Shown piece by piece: positions 1 to 10,621 of a DNA stretch of 64,000 nt (its first letter is position 1; every line of letters begins with the position of its first letter). The stretch covers positions 704,001-768,000 of the forward strand of contig CAVOYH010000004.1 of the NCBI GenBank assembly GCA_963700635.1, given 5' to 3'. A program made the translations under genes and the position numbers. The DNA comes from an uncultured Bacteroidota bacterium (GTDB lineage Bacteria > Bacteroidota > Ignavibacteria > UBA10030 > UBA6906). The notes below the pieces were generated by a model. It did no database searches. It was not told the origin of the DNA and worked only from the letters and a program-made list of their open reading frames with translations.

Positions 1-1
1 C

Positions 2-334
2 ACGATCCCGGATACGGCATACCAGTATCTCCTCCTCACAGGCGCCATGTACACGGCTGGAGCGTTGGGTACGGTCGCGGCAGGCTTGTACTGGTCCCGG
101 GCAAACAACGTCGGTGCATATGCTGCGCTTATTATGGGGGCTATCGGACCCGCGGGGTTCCTCGTGCTTGAGAAATCCCGTGATGTCCTCCCCGGGTGGA
201 TTCTGTTTGTCACGGATGTGAACATTGCGGGGTTGTTGAGCTTCGCTCTCGCTGCACTCGGCATGATCGCGGGGTCGCTTGTCAGCACCCGCATCTCGCC
301 CCCACGCCCCCTGCCATCGGAGATTCCCGCATGA
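2..334 (+). CDS. Sodium:solute symporter (SSS) family protein, C-terminal part (truncated by window start)
   Basis: Frame open from position 2 (TIPDTAYQYLLLTGAMYTAG...GLYWSRANNVGAYAAL...GSLVS). Hydrophobic helices and GLYWxRAN..GA match SSS C-termini. Confidence 0.7.
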   Translation, partial: TIPDTAYQYLLLTGAMYTAGALGTVAAGLYWSRANNVGAYAALIMGAIGPAGFLVLEKSRDVLPGWILFVTDVNIAGLLSFALAALGMIAGSLVSTRISPPRPLPSEIPA

Positions 335-471
335 ATACAGCAAGCGTCATCTGGCTCCTGATCCTCGCCCTTTCGGCGGTCACATTTTTTTTCGTTGCAG
401 CGATCGTGGCGGTAAAAGGCGTAAGCGATTTGCGGGATCTCCTCGGCGGCATGAAGAAGCGCGGCGAGTGA
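331..471 (+). CDS. Small single-TM membrane protein (46 aa)
   Basis: ATG at 331 overlaps the upstream stop (ATGA). MNTASVIWLLILALSAVTFFFVAAIVAVKGVSDLRDLL has one hydrophobic helix and a basic tail. Confidence 0.65.
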   Translation: MNTASVIWLLILALSAVTFFFVAAIVAVKGVSDLRDLLGGMKKRGE

Positions 472-481
472 GACGCCTTCC

Positions 482-510
482 TTGCTTCTCTCGAGCATTC
501 TCGCTACTTT
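482..510 (+). promoter_or_regulatory. Putative sigma70 promoter of lysS operon
   Basis: TTGCTT-N17-TACTTT upstream of lysS. Confidence 0.4.
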
Positions 511-552
511 ATTTTTTTTACAAGCTCGATCCCTTCCTCTTTGGAGACTACC

Positions 553-2067
553 GTGACAGATCCGTTACACGACGCTGAAGATCTGAATACCCTCATGCTA
601 CGCCGCCGGGAAGAGCTCGAAGAGCTCCAGCGCCGCGGGATCCAGCCATACCCCCACGCCTTTGATCGTAACACGTATTCCGCCGATATCAAGACCGCCT
701 TCAGGGATGACGAGCCCCCGCGGGACGTGTCCGTGGCAGGCCGGATCATGTCCCTGCGCCGCATGGGGAAGGCATCGTTCTGCCATCTCGAAGATTCGCG
801 CGGCAGGATTCAGGTCTACCTCAAGAAAGATGAACTCGGTGAGGTGTACGACGCCTTCCGCCTCATGGATATCGGAGACATTGTCGGGGTGGAAGGATTT
901 GTATTCAAAACAAAGACCGGTGAAGTGTCCGTTCATGCCCGCACACTGGTGCTGCTCTCAAAATCCCTTCGCCCTATTCCAACACCGAAGGAAAAGATTG
1001 ACGAGCAGGGGAACAAGACCGTCTATGATCCGTTCTCGGACAAGGAACTTCGGTACCGGCAACGGTATGTGGACCTGGTGGTGAATCCTCACGTCCGTGA
1101 GGTCTTCGTGAAGCGCGCCCGGATTATCACCGCTGTTCGTGCGTTTCTGGACACGAGGGGTTTTCTGGAGGTGGAGACCCCGATCCTGCAGCCCCAGTAT
1201 GGAGGGGCATTCGCGCGCCCCTTCGTCACACATCATAATGCTCTTGATATCGACCTGTTCCTTCGCATAGCCGACGAGTTGTACCTGAAAAGGCTGATCG
1301 TCGGCGGATTTGATGGCGTCTACGAAATCTCAAAGGATTTCCGGAATGAAGGAATGGACAAGTCGCACAATCCTGAATTCACCATGCTGGAAGTCTATGC
1401 CGCGTACCGGGACTATGTCTGGATGATGGGAATGGTCGAAGAGATGATGGCCGAGGTGGCTCAAACGGTGAACGGGTCACCGCGGGTGACGACAGGCAAG
1501 ACCGTGATCGACTTCTCGCCTCCCTGGAAACGGCTCAGTATGTTCGAAGCGATCCGCATTCACACGGGGCTGGATCTCCGGGGAAAACCGGAGGCCGATC
1601 TGCGAAGCGCGGCGAAGGAGCTGCATGTGGAGCTCGCCCCATCGGACGGGGTGGGCCGGATCATTGATGAGATCTTCAGCGAAAAGGTCGAACACCATCT
1701 GATCCAGCCGACATTTATCACGGACTATCCCGTGGAAATGTCGCCGCTCGCGAAACGGCACAGGAGCGAAGCCGGACTCGTGGAACGGTTTGAGGCCATC
1801 TGCAACGGGCAGGAGATCTGTAACGCATTCACGGAATTGAATGACCCCCTGGACCAGCGCGCACGGTTCGAGGAGCAGATGCGGGCAAAGGTCCGCGGCG
1901 AAGTGGAAGTCCAGCCTCTTGACGAGGACTTCTTGCGGGCACTGGAGTATGGCATGCCGCCCACGGCCGGGCTGGGAGTCGGCATTGACAGAATTACGAT
2001 GCTGCTGACGGGCCAGGAATCCATCCGCGACGTTATGTTCTTTCCCCAAATGAAGCCGGAACAATGA
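553..2067 (+). CDS. lysS: Lysine--tRNA ligase (class II)
   Basis: OB-fold [15 protein letters not shown], motif 2 [18 protein letters not shown], motif 3 [18 protein letters not shown] 553 follows GGAG; TTG 541 is an alternative start. Confidence 0.97.
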   Translation: MTDPLHDAEDLNTLMLRRREELEELQRRGIQPYPHAFDRNTYSADIKTAFRDDEPPRDVSVAGRIMSLRRMGKASFCHLEDSRGRIQVYLKKDELGEVYDAFRLMDIGDIVGVEGFVFKTKTGEVSVHARTLVLLSKSLRPIPTPKEKIDEQGNKTVYDPFSDKELRYRQRYVDLVVNPHVREVFVKRARIITAVRAFLDTRGFLEVETPILQPQYGGAFARPFVTHHNALDIDLFLRIADELYLKRLIVGGFDGVYEISKDFRNEGMDKSHNPEFTMLEVYAAYRDYVWMMGMVEEMMAEVAQTVNGSPRVTTGKTVIDFSPPWKRLSMFEAIRIHTGLDLRGKPEADLRSAAKELHVELAPSDGVGRIIDEIFSEKVEHHLIQPTFITDYPVEMSPLAKRHRSEAGLVERFEAICNGQEICNAFTELNDPLDQRARFEEQMRAKVRGEVEVQPLDEDFLRALEYGMPPTAGLGVGIDRITMLLTGQESIRDVMFFPQMKPEQ

Positions 2068-4577
2068 GATCTCTCCTACTCCTTCTGGTATGGATCGGGT
2101 GCGCCCTGACCCTTTACGCCGGAACCAATGGGATACTCGAGGGAACCGTCACGGATGTCCGGACCGGAGAGGCCCTGCCCGGCGTAAATGTCATGATCGT
2201 CGGGCTTCAGCGCGGCGCCGCCACCGATACCGATGGGTTTTTCCTGATGCAGAATGTGCGCGCGGGACGGTATGACGTGCGCTTCACCCATATCGGATAC
2301 CGGACCTCGGTCATCAAGGGCGTAAGCGTAAACCCCGATCTCCGGACGCGGCTGCAGGTCCGGCTTGACCCTTCCGATGTGACGCTTGATGAAATTGTCA
2401 TCGTCCAGGAAAAACCGCTCATCCAGCGGGATGTAACCGGAACGACGTACGTCCTCTCGGCTGATGAGACCAACCTCCTTCCGCTCGACAATGTCGTGGA
2501 TGCCATCCGGATCAAGCCCGGCGTTACTGCGGAAGGGAACATCCGCGGGGGCAAGATCACGGAGGTTCTGTATCTTGTGGATGGCCTGCCTGTCCAGGAT
2601 GTGCTCACCGGAGGCCTGTCTGCCAAGCTGCCCAACAGCTCGATCACCGGTATGAGTATCTATACCGGGGGGTTTGAGGCGGAATATGGCAACGCTCTAT
2701 CCGGCGTCGTGAATGTTGTGACCCGGACGGGAACTGACAACCACAGATTTTCCGTGCGGGCTGACAACGATCACCTTGCAGGGGGCACGCAGACCAGCAG
2801 GGCTACCGAATTTGAAATCTCAGGCGCCGGCCCGGTCATGGATTCAAAACTTTACTACCTTGTCGCCGTGCAGGGGCTGTTTAGTGACACACGCTGGTGG
2901 CAGGATTTTCAGTTTGCGGTCGCGAGCCCTGTGGAAAAGACGATCAATGGTTTTGCAAAGCTGGACTACCTGTTCACTCCCACAATCCGCCTGAGCGCCC
3001 AGATTTTGTTGTCGGACCATCTGTGGCACGACTATGAATTCCCATGGCGCTTTAATCTCGGCGGATTGCCCCAGCAACGGCGCACGTCGCATCGGCTGGC
3101 GGTGATGCTCTCCCATTCAGTCTCAGACGGGTTCTTTTACACCGCAAGCCTGAGCCGGTATCATGTACGATCGCGGATCGGTGAAGGTGCGAAAGAAGCA
3201 CTTCCCGTGAACGACCCGTACCAGTACGATTTTTTCCTGCGGTACGTTGTGGATGGGTACCGGTCGTGGTGGAATCGTTCAACCCAGGAGACCTATACCG
3301 GACGTTTTGACGGGACCTTCAAGGTGAACAAGGACCACCTCGTCAAGTTCGGCGGTGAGCTGAACCTCTATCATCTGAACTCCGATGTGGTCAGATACGA
3401 ACCACGGTTGACCTACTTTGGCAAACCCCTGGTCAATGAACCACAGCTCAATTTTAGTTCTGCGTTTTCCTACCGTCCGAGCTCGGGCTCGCTGTATATC
3501 CAGTCCAAGACGGACGTCCCGTCGGAGGGTGTCCTGCTGAACGCGGGTCTCCGGTACGACTTCCTTGCGCCCACGGCGGAGCGTCCGCGGATCGAAGCCA
3601 TACCTCTTTCGGATACCGCCTACACATTCCGGCTGGCAGGCAGTGTTCCGGCTACCTTCAAACACCAGATTAGTCCCCGTTTCGGGGCGGCCATGCAGTT
3701 TGCCGAAAGAGGATACCTGTTTGTGAATATCGGGTGGTACTTTCAGTACCCGCTCTTTGAGTACCTCTACACCGGTCTGGACCGGGTTGCCCTCGCGCGG
3801 GGTATCAGCGCCATTACCGGAAATCCTGATCTGGAACCGGAACGGACAAAGGTGTGGGAGCTGGCCCTCAAGTACACGTTTCCGCAGGACGTGGTGGCAA
3901 GCGTCACCTATTTCAGGAAAGAAAGCACCAACCTCATTGACACCAAGACGTTTATTCCCGGTGACTCAAAACTTGCCGGCGGGTTCGGGTTTGCAGAATA
4001 TGTGAACAATCCCTATGGTCTTACGCGGGGACTTGAACTACTGTTCACGCGCGACCGCGGGGAGTGGGTAAAAGGCGAAGTCTCCTATACGTACATGATT
4101 ACCGAAGGAGTCAGCGGGAGTTCTTCGGACGGCTTCTACGTCGCGCAGTATGGCCTTCCCCCCGGGCAGAGAGTCTATCCGCTCAGCTGGGACCAACGCC
4201 ATACCGTCAAGGCCATTCTCATCATCACACCCTGGTCCGACATGACCGTTACGTCCGTGACAGAATGGCATTCGGGGCGGCCGTATACAAATTACCCGAC
4301 GAGCACCGGATTCGAGAAGATCAATGGCGGGGTATTTTATCAGAATAATGCCCGCATGCCGGCCTATACGAATGTTGATCTCAGAGCAGAACAGTTGTTC
4401 CGGCCTTCATGGTGGGCGGGGTCAGTCCTGACGGTGTACCTGGACTGCCGGAATGTTTTGAACGGGAAGAATGTAAAATGGATGGACTCGAACGGGAGGA
4501 TCGGGGGCGAACTGTATGATCCGTCAGGCTACTATATCGGACGGCGTACGAGTCTCGGCGCGAAAGTGGAATTCTAG
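2064..4577 (+). CDS. TonB-dependent receptor with N-terminal carboxypeptidase-regulatory-like domain
   Basis: Signal peptide, [17 protein letters not shown], plug IRGG...YLVDG...[30 protein letters not shown]-terminal F. Confidence 0.92.
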   Translation: MRSLLLLLVWIGCALTLYAGTNGILEGTVTDVRTGEALPGVNVMIVGLQRGAATDTDGFFLMQNVRAGRYDVRFTHIGYRTSVIKGVSVNPDLRTRLQVRLDPSDVTLDEIVIVQEKPLIQRDVTGTTYVLSADETNLLPLDNVVDAIRIKPGVTAEGNIRGGKITEVLYLVDGLPVQDVLTGGLSAKLPNSSITGMSIYTGGFEAEYGNALSGVVNVVTRTGTDNHRFSVRADNDHLAGGTQTSRATEFEISGAGPVMDSKLYYLVAVQGLFSDTRWWQDFQFAVASPVEKTINGFAKLDYLFTPTIRLSAQILLSDHLWHDYEFPWRFNLGGLPQQRRTSHRLAVMLSHSVSDGFFYTASLSRYHVRSRIGEGAKEALPVNDPYQYDFFLRYVVDGYRSWWNRSTQETYTGRFDGTFKVNKDHLVKFGGELNLYHLNSDVVRYEPRLTYFGKPLVNEPQLNFSSAFSYRPSSGSLYIQSKTDVPSEGVLLNAGLRYDFLAPTAERPRIEAIPLSDTAYTFRLAGSVPATFKHQISPRFGAAMQFAERGYLFVNIGWYFQYPLFEYLYTGLDRVALARGISAITGNPDLEPERTKVWELALKYTFPQDVVASVTYFRKESTNLIDTKTFIPGDSKLAGGFGFAEYVNNPYGLTRGLELLFTRDRGEWVKGEVSYTYMITEGVSGSSSDGFYVAQYGLPPGQRVYPLSWDQRHTVKAILIITPWSDMTVTSVTEWHSGRPYTNYPTSTGFEKINGGVFYQNNARMPAYTNVDLRAEQLFRPSWWAGSVLTVYLDCRNVLNGKNVKWMDSNGRIGGELYDPSGYYIGRRTSLGAKVEF

Positions 4578-4578
4578 A

Positions 4579-5193
4579 ATGAAAACAATCGGAATCCGAA
4601 CGGTTCTTCTTCTCTGCGGTGCCCTCACCCTGTGGAGTTGTGATGAGAGCCTCCCCCCACGGGTAGATCCGGAGGTCGTGCTTGTGCCGTCCATGGCTCT
4701 ATCCGGAAACATCATACGCGTCGAAGAGGGCACGGTCACAAGCGGCGGGAATCTCGTGCTCTCGATGCGCAACGTCTATGACGAAGTGCTCTCTGAGAAT
4801 TCCCTCCTGAGGGCGAATGTGATACTCCGGCTCCGCGAGTATCCTGACTCGGTGCGCACGCTGGTCTATGGCTATAGTGACCTCCTCACACAGGGAGTCC
4901 TTGTCGGAAAAACGTTGACCCTTGCGGTTCAGGGAACGGCTGAATTTGTCCAGCCGTGGGATCACCGGACCCCTGCCGGCACCGCCTGGTGGGAGCTGGG
5001 GATGCACTACCATACCCTCTATACTGACAAGGGCGAACGCTATTATCAGTCGGATTCGCTTCACCTGATTGTCAACGCGTCCCTTCAGATTTTCGAACGG
5101 GTTCAGGCAGCCAAGCTCCCACCCCATGAATTTGTGATAATCTATCAATTGTGGAGGATGACCCCGCCAACACGTTTTGATCCCTCCGAATGA
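4579..5193 (+). CDS. Hypothetical lipoprotein
   Basis: MKTIGIRTVLLLCGALTLWSC lipobox-like signal; starts 1 nt after the TBDR stop. Confidence 0.75.
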   Translation: MKTIGIRTVLLLCGALTLWSCDESLPPRVDPEVVLVPSMALSGNIIRVEEGTVTSGGNLVLSMRNVYDEVLSENSLLRANVILRLREYPDSVRTLVYGYSDLLTQGVLVGKTLTLAVQGTAEFVQPWDHRTPAGTAWWELGMHYHTLYTDKGERYYQSDSLHLIVNASLQIFERVQAAKLPPHEFVIIYQLWRMTPPTRFDPSE

Positions 5194-5405
5194 CCTCCGG
5201 CCGCCTTTCTTTTCTCAGCATCAAAAACCCGCTGGCCCTTCCCGGCATAGAAGGGGAATGCTCCGGGCAGAGTCCGGCCGAATGGAGTACTATAGAGTGA
5301 GCCGGCTGACTTTAATGGAGGCAATGGTATGGAAATCGTTTCTATATATGATGTTACAGAGATGTATCTCAAGGTAATTCTGTTCCTGATACGGCCAACG
5401 ACTGC

Positions 5406-6146
5406 ATGACGAAAACAAAAATCGTGTACAGTATTATCGTACCTGCGCTTGACGAGGAGAAGCTTCTGGAAAGGATGCTGGATCAGTTTACCCCCGATCT
5501 GGCTACCCGGTACGGCATCGAGGTGATCGTGAGTGATGGGGGGAGCCACGACCGGACTCTCTCCATTGCAGAAGCAGGTGCCGACCGTGTTGTAAGAAAT
5601 GAACCCTACGTGAAGCAGACGATTTCGATGGGCAGGAATGCGGGAGCACAGGCCGCCCTCGGCGACGTGTTCATTTTCCTGAATGCGGATACGTTTATTC
5701 AGGACCCTCCCTATTTTTTCAGGAGAATTGCCGAAGAGCTTCCGGCGCCGGATATCGTCGCGCTGACAGGCAGCGTGGCCGTCTACCCTGAGGAGGAACG
5801 AAGGATCGACCGCTGGTTCCACGGGTTTTACAACTGGTTCTTCTTCATGATGAACCGCGTGGGTATGGGAATGGGGCGCGGGGAGTGCCATGTAATCCGC
5901 CGGAGTGTGTTCGAAGAGCTGCACGGTTATACCAGCCGTCTTGCGGCAGGCGAGGACTATGACATGTTCCGGCGACTGGGACGGCACGGTCGCGTGAAGT
6001 TCCTCCGCGATGTTGTCGTGTACGAATCTCCACGTCGATATCGCCGGTATGGATACGCTTATGTCACTGCATCATGGTTTCTCAACTTTCTCGCCATTTT
6101 CTTCCTCCGGAGGTCGATTATGGACGAATGGAAGCCCGTTCGGTGA
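5406..6146 (+). CDS. Glycosyltransferase family 2
   Basis: SIIVPALDEE, VIVSDGGSHDRT, GRNAGA, FLNADT, GEDYD, ESPRRY. Confidence 0.9.
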   Translation: MTKTKIVYSIIVPALDEEKLLERMLDQFTPDLATRYGIEVIVSDGGSHDRTLSIAEAGADRVVRNEPYVKQTISMGRNAGAQAALGDVFIFLNADTFIQDPPYFFRRIAEELPAPDIVALTGSVAVYPEEERRIDRWFHGFYNWFFFMMNRVGMGMGRGECHVIRRSVFEELHGYTSRLAAGEDYDMFRRLGRHGRVKFLRDVVVYESPRRYRRYGYAYVTASWFLNFLAIFFLRRSIMDEWKPVR

Positions 6147-6150
6147 TGGT

Positions 6151-6179
6151 TTGACTTTGTGAGGGAAAATGGATAACAT
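6151..6179 (+). promoter_or_regulatory. Putative sigma70 promoter of ctpA operon
   Basis: TTGACT-N17-TAACAT in the intergenic region. Confidence 0.45.
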
Positions 6180-6222
6180 ATCGTGCAGATTTTTATTTTT
6201 CGGGTGAATAGGGAGCACGGGC

Positions 6223-7839
6223 ATGCGAAAACGATTTTCGATAGTCACGATGTCGGCATTGGTGATCTTGAGTCTGTTGGCCGGAGCACAGCTGAATCGT
6301 CTGTTTTCAGGGGATAGCGTTCTCCCTCAGGTGAACAAGTACTCTGATGTCCTGAGTATCACACACAAATTTTATGTCGACGATGTCGACACGCAGAAGC
6401 TTACGGAATCGGCAATCGGGGGGCTTCTGGGACAACTTGATCCCCACTCCGTGTACATCCCTGCATCCGCGATGCCCAAGGTGACAGAAGAGTTTCAGGG
6501 AAGTTTTGAGGGTATCGGGATTGAATATCAGGTTCTCGACGACACGCTTCTCGTGGTTGCGCCTATTGTGGGCGGACCGAGTGAAGCTCTGGGGATCCTC
6601 TCTGGAGACAAGATTGTGAGGATTGACGACTCCTCGGCCGTCGGGATAACCCAGGAAGGCGTGCAAAAAAAGCTCCGGGGTCCCAAAGGCACGAAGGTGA
6701 AGGTCACCATCGTACGGTCCGGCCTGAAAGAGCGTCTGGAGTTCGAGATTACGCGCGACAAAATACCCATTTACACCGTGGATGCGTCGTTTATGATCCA
6801 GCCGGAAGTTGGGTATGTTAATGTCAACCGGTTCGCGGCCACCACCCATGAAGAGTTCATCGAGGCGGTGTCAAAACTGCATGCGGCCGGAATGAAACGC
6901 CTGATTCTGGATCTCCGGACCAACGCGGGAGGGTATCTGGAGCAGGCGTATCGGATGGTCGATGAGCTTCTTCCCAAAGGCAAGAAAATTGTGTACACAA
7001 AGGGCAGGCGTTCGGAATTCGATGATGAATTTGTTGCATCGGGCGCGGGCCGGTATCAGGATCTTACGCTGGTGATTCTCGTGAACAACGGCTCCGCATC
7101 CGCGAGTGAAATTGTGGCGGGCGCGATTCAGGACTGGGACAGGGGGCTCATTGTCGGCGAAACCACTTTCGGCAAAGGGCTGGTGCAGAGGCAGTTTGAG
7201 CTAAAAGACGGCTCCGGATTCCGGTTGACGACGGCGCGATACTATACGCCGAGCGGCCGTCTGATCCAGCGTCCCTATGACAAAGACAAAACGAAGTATC
7301 AACGTGAGGCCTTCGAACGTGAAGAGCAGGAGGGGGAGAACCTTTCCCACGAAGCCGAAAAGGACTCGTCGCGGCCCAAGTACAAGACCATGGGCGGCCG
7401 GATTGTGTACGGAGGCGGCGGTATTACACCGGATTACATTGTCAAGTCAGACCGGCTGAACAGTTACACGGTTCAACTTCGCGGGAAACAGGTGTTCCTT
7501 CAGGCTGCGGAAAGAATCCTGGATCGGGAGGGAGCCGCCCTGCGTTCGACATACGAGAAAGACGTGGAGCGTTTTGTGAAAGAGTTTGAGATTACCGAAG
7601 CCAGGCTTGGTGAAATTCAGGAGATTGCAGCAGCACGCGGTGTGACCCTGAACAAGGCTCAGTTTGATGAGGACAGCCGTTTCATCAAGGCGTACACAAA
7701 GGCATTTATTGCCCGGAGCATCTGGGGCAATGAGGGATACGCGCGGGTGATGCTGGAAGAGGATACACAATTCGCAAAGGCCCTCATCCTGGTGCCTGAG
7801 GCGGAGAAGATCGCAAAAACATTCACGAGCCTGAAGTAG
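6223..7839 (+). CDS. ctpA: C-terminal processing protease, S41A family (PDZ + catalytic domain)
   Basis: LDPHSVY, FEGIGI (PDZ), LILDLRTNAGG, SASASEIVAGAIQD, TFGKGLVQ, TTARYYTPSGR. Confidence 0.93.
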   Translation: MRKRFSIVTMSALVILSLLAGAQLNRLFSGDSVLPQVNKYSDVLSITHKFYVDDVDTQKLTESAIGGLLGQLDPHSVYIPASAMPKVTEEFQGSFEGIGIEYQVLDDTLLVVAPIVGGPSEALGILSGDKIVRIDDSSAVGITQEGVQKKLRGPKGTKVKVTIVRSGLKERLEFEITRDKIPIYTVDASFMIQPEVGYVNVNRFAATTHEEFIEAVSKLHAAGMKRLILDLRTNAGGYLEQAYRMVDELLPKGKKIVYTKGRRSEFDDEFVASGAGRYQDLTLVILVNNGSASASEIVAGAIQDWDRGLIVGETTFGKGLVQRQFELKDGSGFRLTTARYYTPSGRLIQRPYDKDKTKYQREAFEREEQEGENLSHEAEKDSSRPKYKTMGGRIVYGGGGITPDYIVKSDRLNSYTVQLRGKQVFLQAAERILDREGAALRSTYEKDVERFVKEFEITEARLGEIQEIAAARGVTLNKAQFDEDSRFIKAYTKAFIARSIWGNEGYARVMLEEDTQFAKALILVPEAEKIAKTFTSLK

Positions 7840-8657
7840 TGAAGCACGCCGCGCTGAGGGGAAGTCTGCTCCTCTCCATTCTGGTCTTGTGGTGTGGTGT
7901 GACGGCGCCGGTCTGTGCCCAGCCGCGCACAGATCCTCCCTCGCGCGTTCTGATTGAAGGGGAGGATCTTATTTATAATGTCCGGTACACCTTTATTGAT
8001 CTCGGACAGGTGCGTATCAAGAATCTCGGCAGGCACAGTGACAACTCCTTCCACGCGTACAATGCGCGCGCGTTGATCGATTCGTACAAAGGTGTTCCGT
8101 TTGTGGACCTGCATGCCACCTTTGAAAGCACCATCGATTCCGCCGTCTATTCCCGCGGCTTTACCGGAAAAGTAAAACAGGATAACGCCTGGGATTTTGC
8201 GCGGTACAATTTTGAGTACGACCGGCACCGCGTGATCATGGAAATGGGCCATCGGGATACTGTCGTGGCGGAGCGTGAAACACTGTCCATCGGGAACCGG
8301 ACCCAGGACGGACTCTCCCTGTTCTTTCTGGCGCGGGATCAGCTTTATGCCGGTCGGACTCTGGAAATTCCCTGCATCATTACAGAGAGCAAGGTGAATG
8401 CATTTATCACGTTCGGCAGGGAACGTGAAGAAGTGGAAGTGGATGCCGTCGATTATCCTGTTGACGTCATACGGTTTGACGGTACCGCGGACTTTGTCGG
8501 AATTTTTGGCATGACCGGCGATTTTACCGGATGGTTTTCCAATGACGAAGCGCGCGTACCGATTCTGGCCAAGATGAAAGTGCTCATCGGCAGCGTGACG
8601 ATTGAATTGATGTCCTGGAAAAGGCCGGGGTGGGAGCCCCCCCGTGTGCCGGGATAA
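7839..8657 (+). CDS. DUF3108-like exported beta-rich protein
   Basis: Signal peptide (VCA-QP), GEDLIYNVRY..I.LG, QDGLSLFF, WFSNDEARVPI..K..VLIGSV. Confidence 0.65.
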   Translation: MKHAALRGSLLLSILVLWCGVTAPVCAQPRTDPPSRVLIEGEDLIYNVRYTFIDLGQVRIKNLGRHSDNSFHAYNARALIDSYKGVPFVDLHATFESTIDSAVYSRGFTGKVKQDNAWDFARYNFEYDRHRVIMEMGHRDTVVAERETLSIGNRTQDGLSLFFLARDQLYAGRTLEIPCIITESKVNAFITFGREREEVEVDAVDYPVDVIRFDGTADFVGIFGMTGDFTGWFSNDEARVPILAKMKVLIGSVTIELMSWKRPGWEPPRVPG

Positions 8658-8660
8658 CGT

Positions 8661-9170
8661 ATGCATATCCTCGGCCACCACGGTGTCAACCCCACGATCC
8701 ATCCCACTGCGTTTGTTGCGGCCGGAGCCTGTCTGATCGGAGCGGTTGACGTGGCGGAAGACTGTAGCATCTGGTTTAATGCCGTTCTCAGAGGTGACAT
8801 CAATCACATCCGTGTGGGCCGCCGGACAAACATCCAGGATGGAACCATCATCCATGTGACCCACGAATATCCGGTCGAGATTGCTGACGAGGTGACGGTC
8901 GGGCACCAGGCCATGCTGCATGGATGCCGCATCGGGTTTCGGGCGTTGATCGGGATGAACGCTGTGGTCCTGGATAATGTTCGGATCGGCGCCTATGCCC
9001 TCGTTGCTGCCGGTTCAGTCGTGCGTGAGCACGTTGAGGTGCCCGAAGGTATGCTCGTGGCAGGCGTACCGGCACGGGTCGTTCGTCCGCTGACCGCGGA
9101 GGAACGTCTGGGTCTCGAGCAATCGGCGGAACACTACGTGCAGTATGCGAGGAGCTACGCTCAACCATGA
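8661..9170 (+). CDS. Gamma carbonic anhydrase family protein (YrdA-like)
   Basis: Hexapeptide repeats, IWFNAVLRGD, TNIQDG, His ligands in IIHVTH and VGHQAMLHGC. Confidence 0.92.
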   Translation: MHILGHHGVNPTIHPTAFVAAGACLIGAVDVAEDCSIWFNAVLRGDINHIRVGRRTNIQDGTIIHVTHEYPVEIADEVTVGHQAMLHGCRIGFRALIGMNAVVLDNVRIGAYALVAAGSVVREHVEVPEGMLVAGVPARVVRPLTAEERLGLEQSAEHYVQYARSYAQP

Positions 9171-10063
9171 AACTTGTATTCTGGGGAACACGTGGTTCAC
9201 TTCCGTCGCCCGGCGCGGGCACGGTCCGGTACGGGGGCAATACCCCCTGCGTGGAGGTGCGGTTTGCGAACAATGAGCTGTTGATTTTTGATGCCGGCAC
9301 GGGTTTGCGCGGTCTTGGTGATGCGATCGCTGCGGCGGGGGGCACGATCAAGACGTACCTGGCCATCAGTCATCCGCATTGGGATCACATCCAGGGCTTC
9401 CCCTTTTTTAAACCGGCATTTATTGCCGGAAACGAGCTCACGATCATCGGGGCGCAAACGCGGAACATCACCCTCCGCCAGATGATCGCGTCGCAAATGG
9501 ATGAGGTGTACTTCCCCGTCCAGTTGAACGAGCTGAAGGCAAAGATCCGGTTTCGGCCGGTTCGCGAAGAGACCATTCCCGTGTTTGACGGGATGCTGAG
9601 CACGATGTTCGTGAACCATCCGGCGTTTGCCCTGGGCTTCCGCCTCACGGTGGGCAGCCGGTCGATTGTGTACATCACGGACAACGAGCCGTTTGACCGC
9701 GAGAGCGCGATATCGCTGAAGAATGTTGATAAAAACATCATGGACCTTTACCTCCGGCAGAAGGGTGATCCGAATCAGCGGGTATTTGACTTCGCCCGCG
9801 GTGCGGATATCCTGATTCACGATGCAACCTATACGCCGGAAGAATATGTCAATCATGTGGGGTGGGGGCATTCCGATTATCTGTTTGCGTTGAAAGTCGC
9901 TTCGGAGGCAGAGGTAAAAACACTCGTGCTTTTCCATCACGACCAGACGCGCACTGATGAGCGGATAGATACAATTCTGGCCGAGTGTCGCAAAGAAATT
10001 GCCCGGCGCGGTTTCCGGTTCGACTGTGTTGCGGCGGCCGAGGGTATGGAATTACTCTGGTAA
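9167..10063 (+). CDS. MBL-fold metallo-hydrolase (possible phosphodiesterase)
   Basis: WGTRGSLP, YGGNTPCVEV, DAGTG, SHPHWDHIQG, WGHS, LFHHD. Confidence 0.88.
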   Translation: MKLVFWGTRGSLPSPGAGTVRYGGNTPCVEVRFANNELLIFDAGTGLRGLGDAIAAAGGTIKTYLAISHPHWDHIQGFPFFKPAFIAGNELTIIGAQTRNITLRQMIASQMDEVYFPVQLNELKAKIRFRPVREETIPVFDGMLSTMFVNHPAFALGFRLTVGSRSIVYITDNEPFDRESAISLKNVDKNIMDLYLRQKGDPNQRVFDFARGADILIHDATYTPEEYVNHVGWGHSDYLFALKVASEAEVKTLVLFHHDQTRTDERIDTILAECRKEIARRGFRFDCVAAAEGMELLW

Positions 10064-10076
10064 GCAGGCAGGAAAC

Positions 10077-10105
10077 TTGACAATAAGCCGATTCGTGGCT
10101 ATCAT
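10077..10105 (+). promoter_or_regulatory. Near-consensus sigma70 promoter
   Basis: TTGACA-N17-TATCAT, followed by RBS GAGG before ATG 10124. Confidence 0.65.
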
Positions 10106-10123
10106 CCACCAGGTGAGGTAAGC

Positions 10124-10621
10124 ATGTCGTTCACGCTGAAACCGTCCGACATCAAGAAACTGGAAAAGACTTTCGGCGTCCAGGCACGGAGTATGGGCGA
10201 CAATGTGCGTTTTGAACTGGCCGCGTCCGATGCGCATCGTAAACTCGCGCTGGAAGTGTATTCGCAGATTCCCATCGGCAGCCAGAAGGGAACGCTGGTC
10301 TCCGTGTATACGCAGAATGCCCATCTTCAGCTCCACTTCTGTTCGGGGTATGTCGTCAGTGAGCTTCTGGGTGAGGTGACGTTTGTGGCGGAGCAGGCGG
10401 GCAAGCTCTCAGGCCTGATTGTGGAACGCGAAGGTGGGTGCTCGTTGTTTGCAAATGTAGACCGGTCTCTGGTGTCCGGTGATTTTACGAAACTGGGCCC
10501 GGAGGTGATGTTATCGGGCATAGCGTTGTCACTGACAGACGGAATTCTGGAATCTCCCAAGAAGGTACCGAAGCGGAAGACAGGACGGGTGCGAAGAAGG
10601 AGCAAGACGTCGAGGGCATGA
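10124..10621 (+). CDS. Hypothetical protein (165 aa, basic C-terminal tail)
   Basis: Good RBS and promoter; ATGA overlap with ybeY; no recognisable motif. Confidence 0.75.
   Translation: MSFTLKPSDIKKLEKTFGVQARSMGDNVRFELAASDAHRKLALEVYSQIPIGSQKGTLVSVYTQNAHLQLHFCSGYVVSELLGEVTFVAEQAGKLSGLIVEREGGCSLFANVDRSLVSGDFTKLGPEVMLSGIALSLTDGILESPKKVPKRKTGRVRRRSKTSRA

Noticed and set aside
5194-5405. 212-bp intergenic region with hairpin CCCTTC/GAAGGG (5236-5255) and ORF 5177-5377
   Set aside because: The stem is short with no T-tract or recognisable RNA motif, and the ORF lacks an RBS and protein-like features.
7659-8921. Long antisense ORF (420 aa) and similar shadows (15501-16568, 19730-20698, 44890-45954, 52317-53300, 55874-56947)
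   Set aside because: They lie opposite well-supported genes, carry no motifs, and are expected in GC-rich coding DNA.
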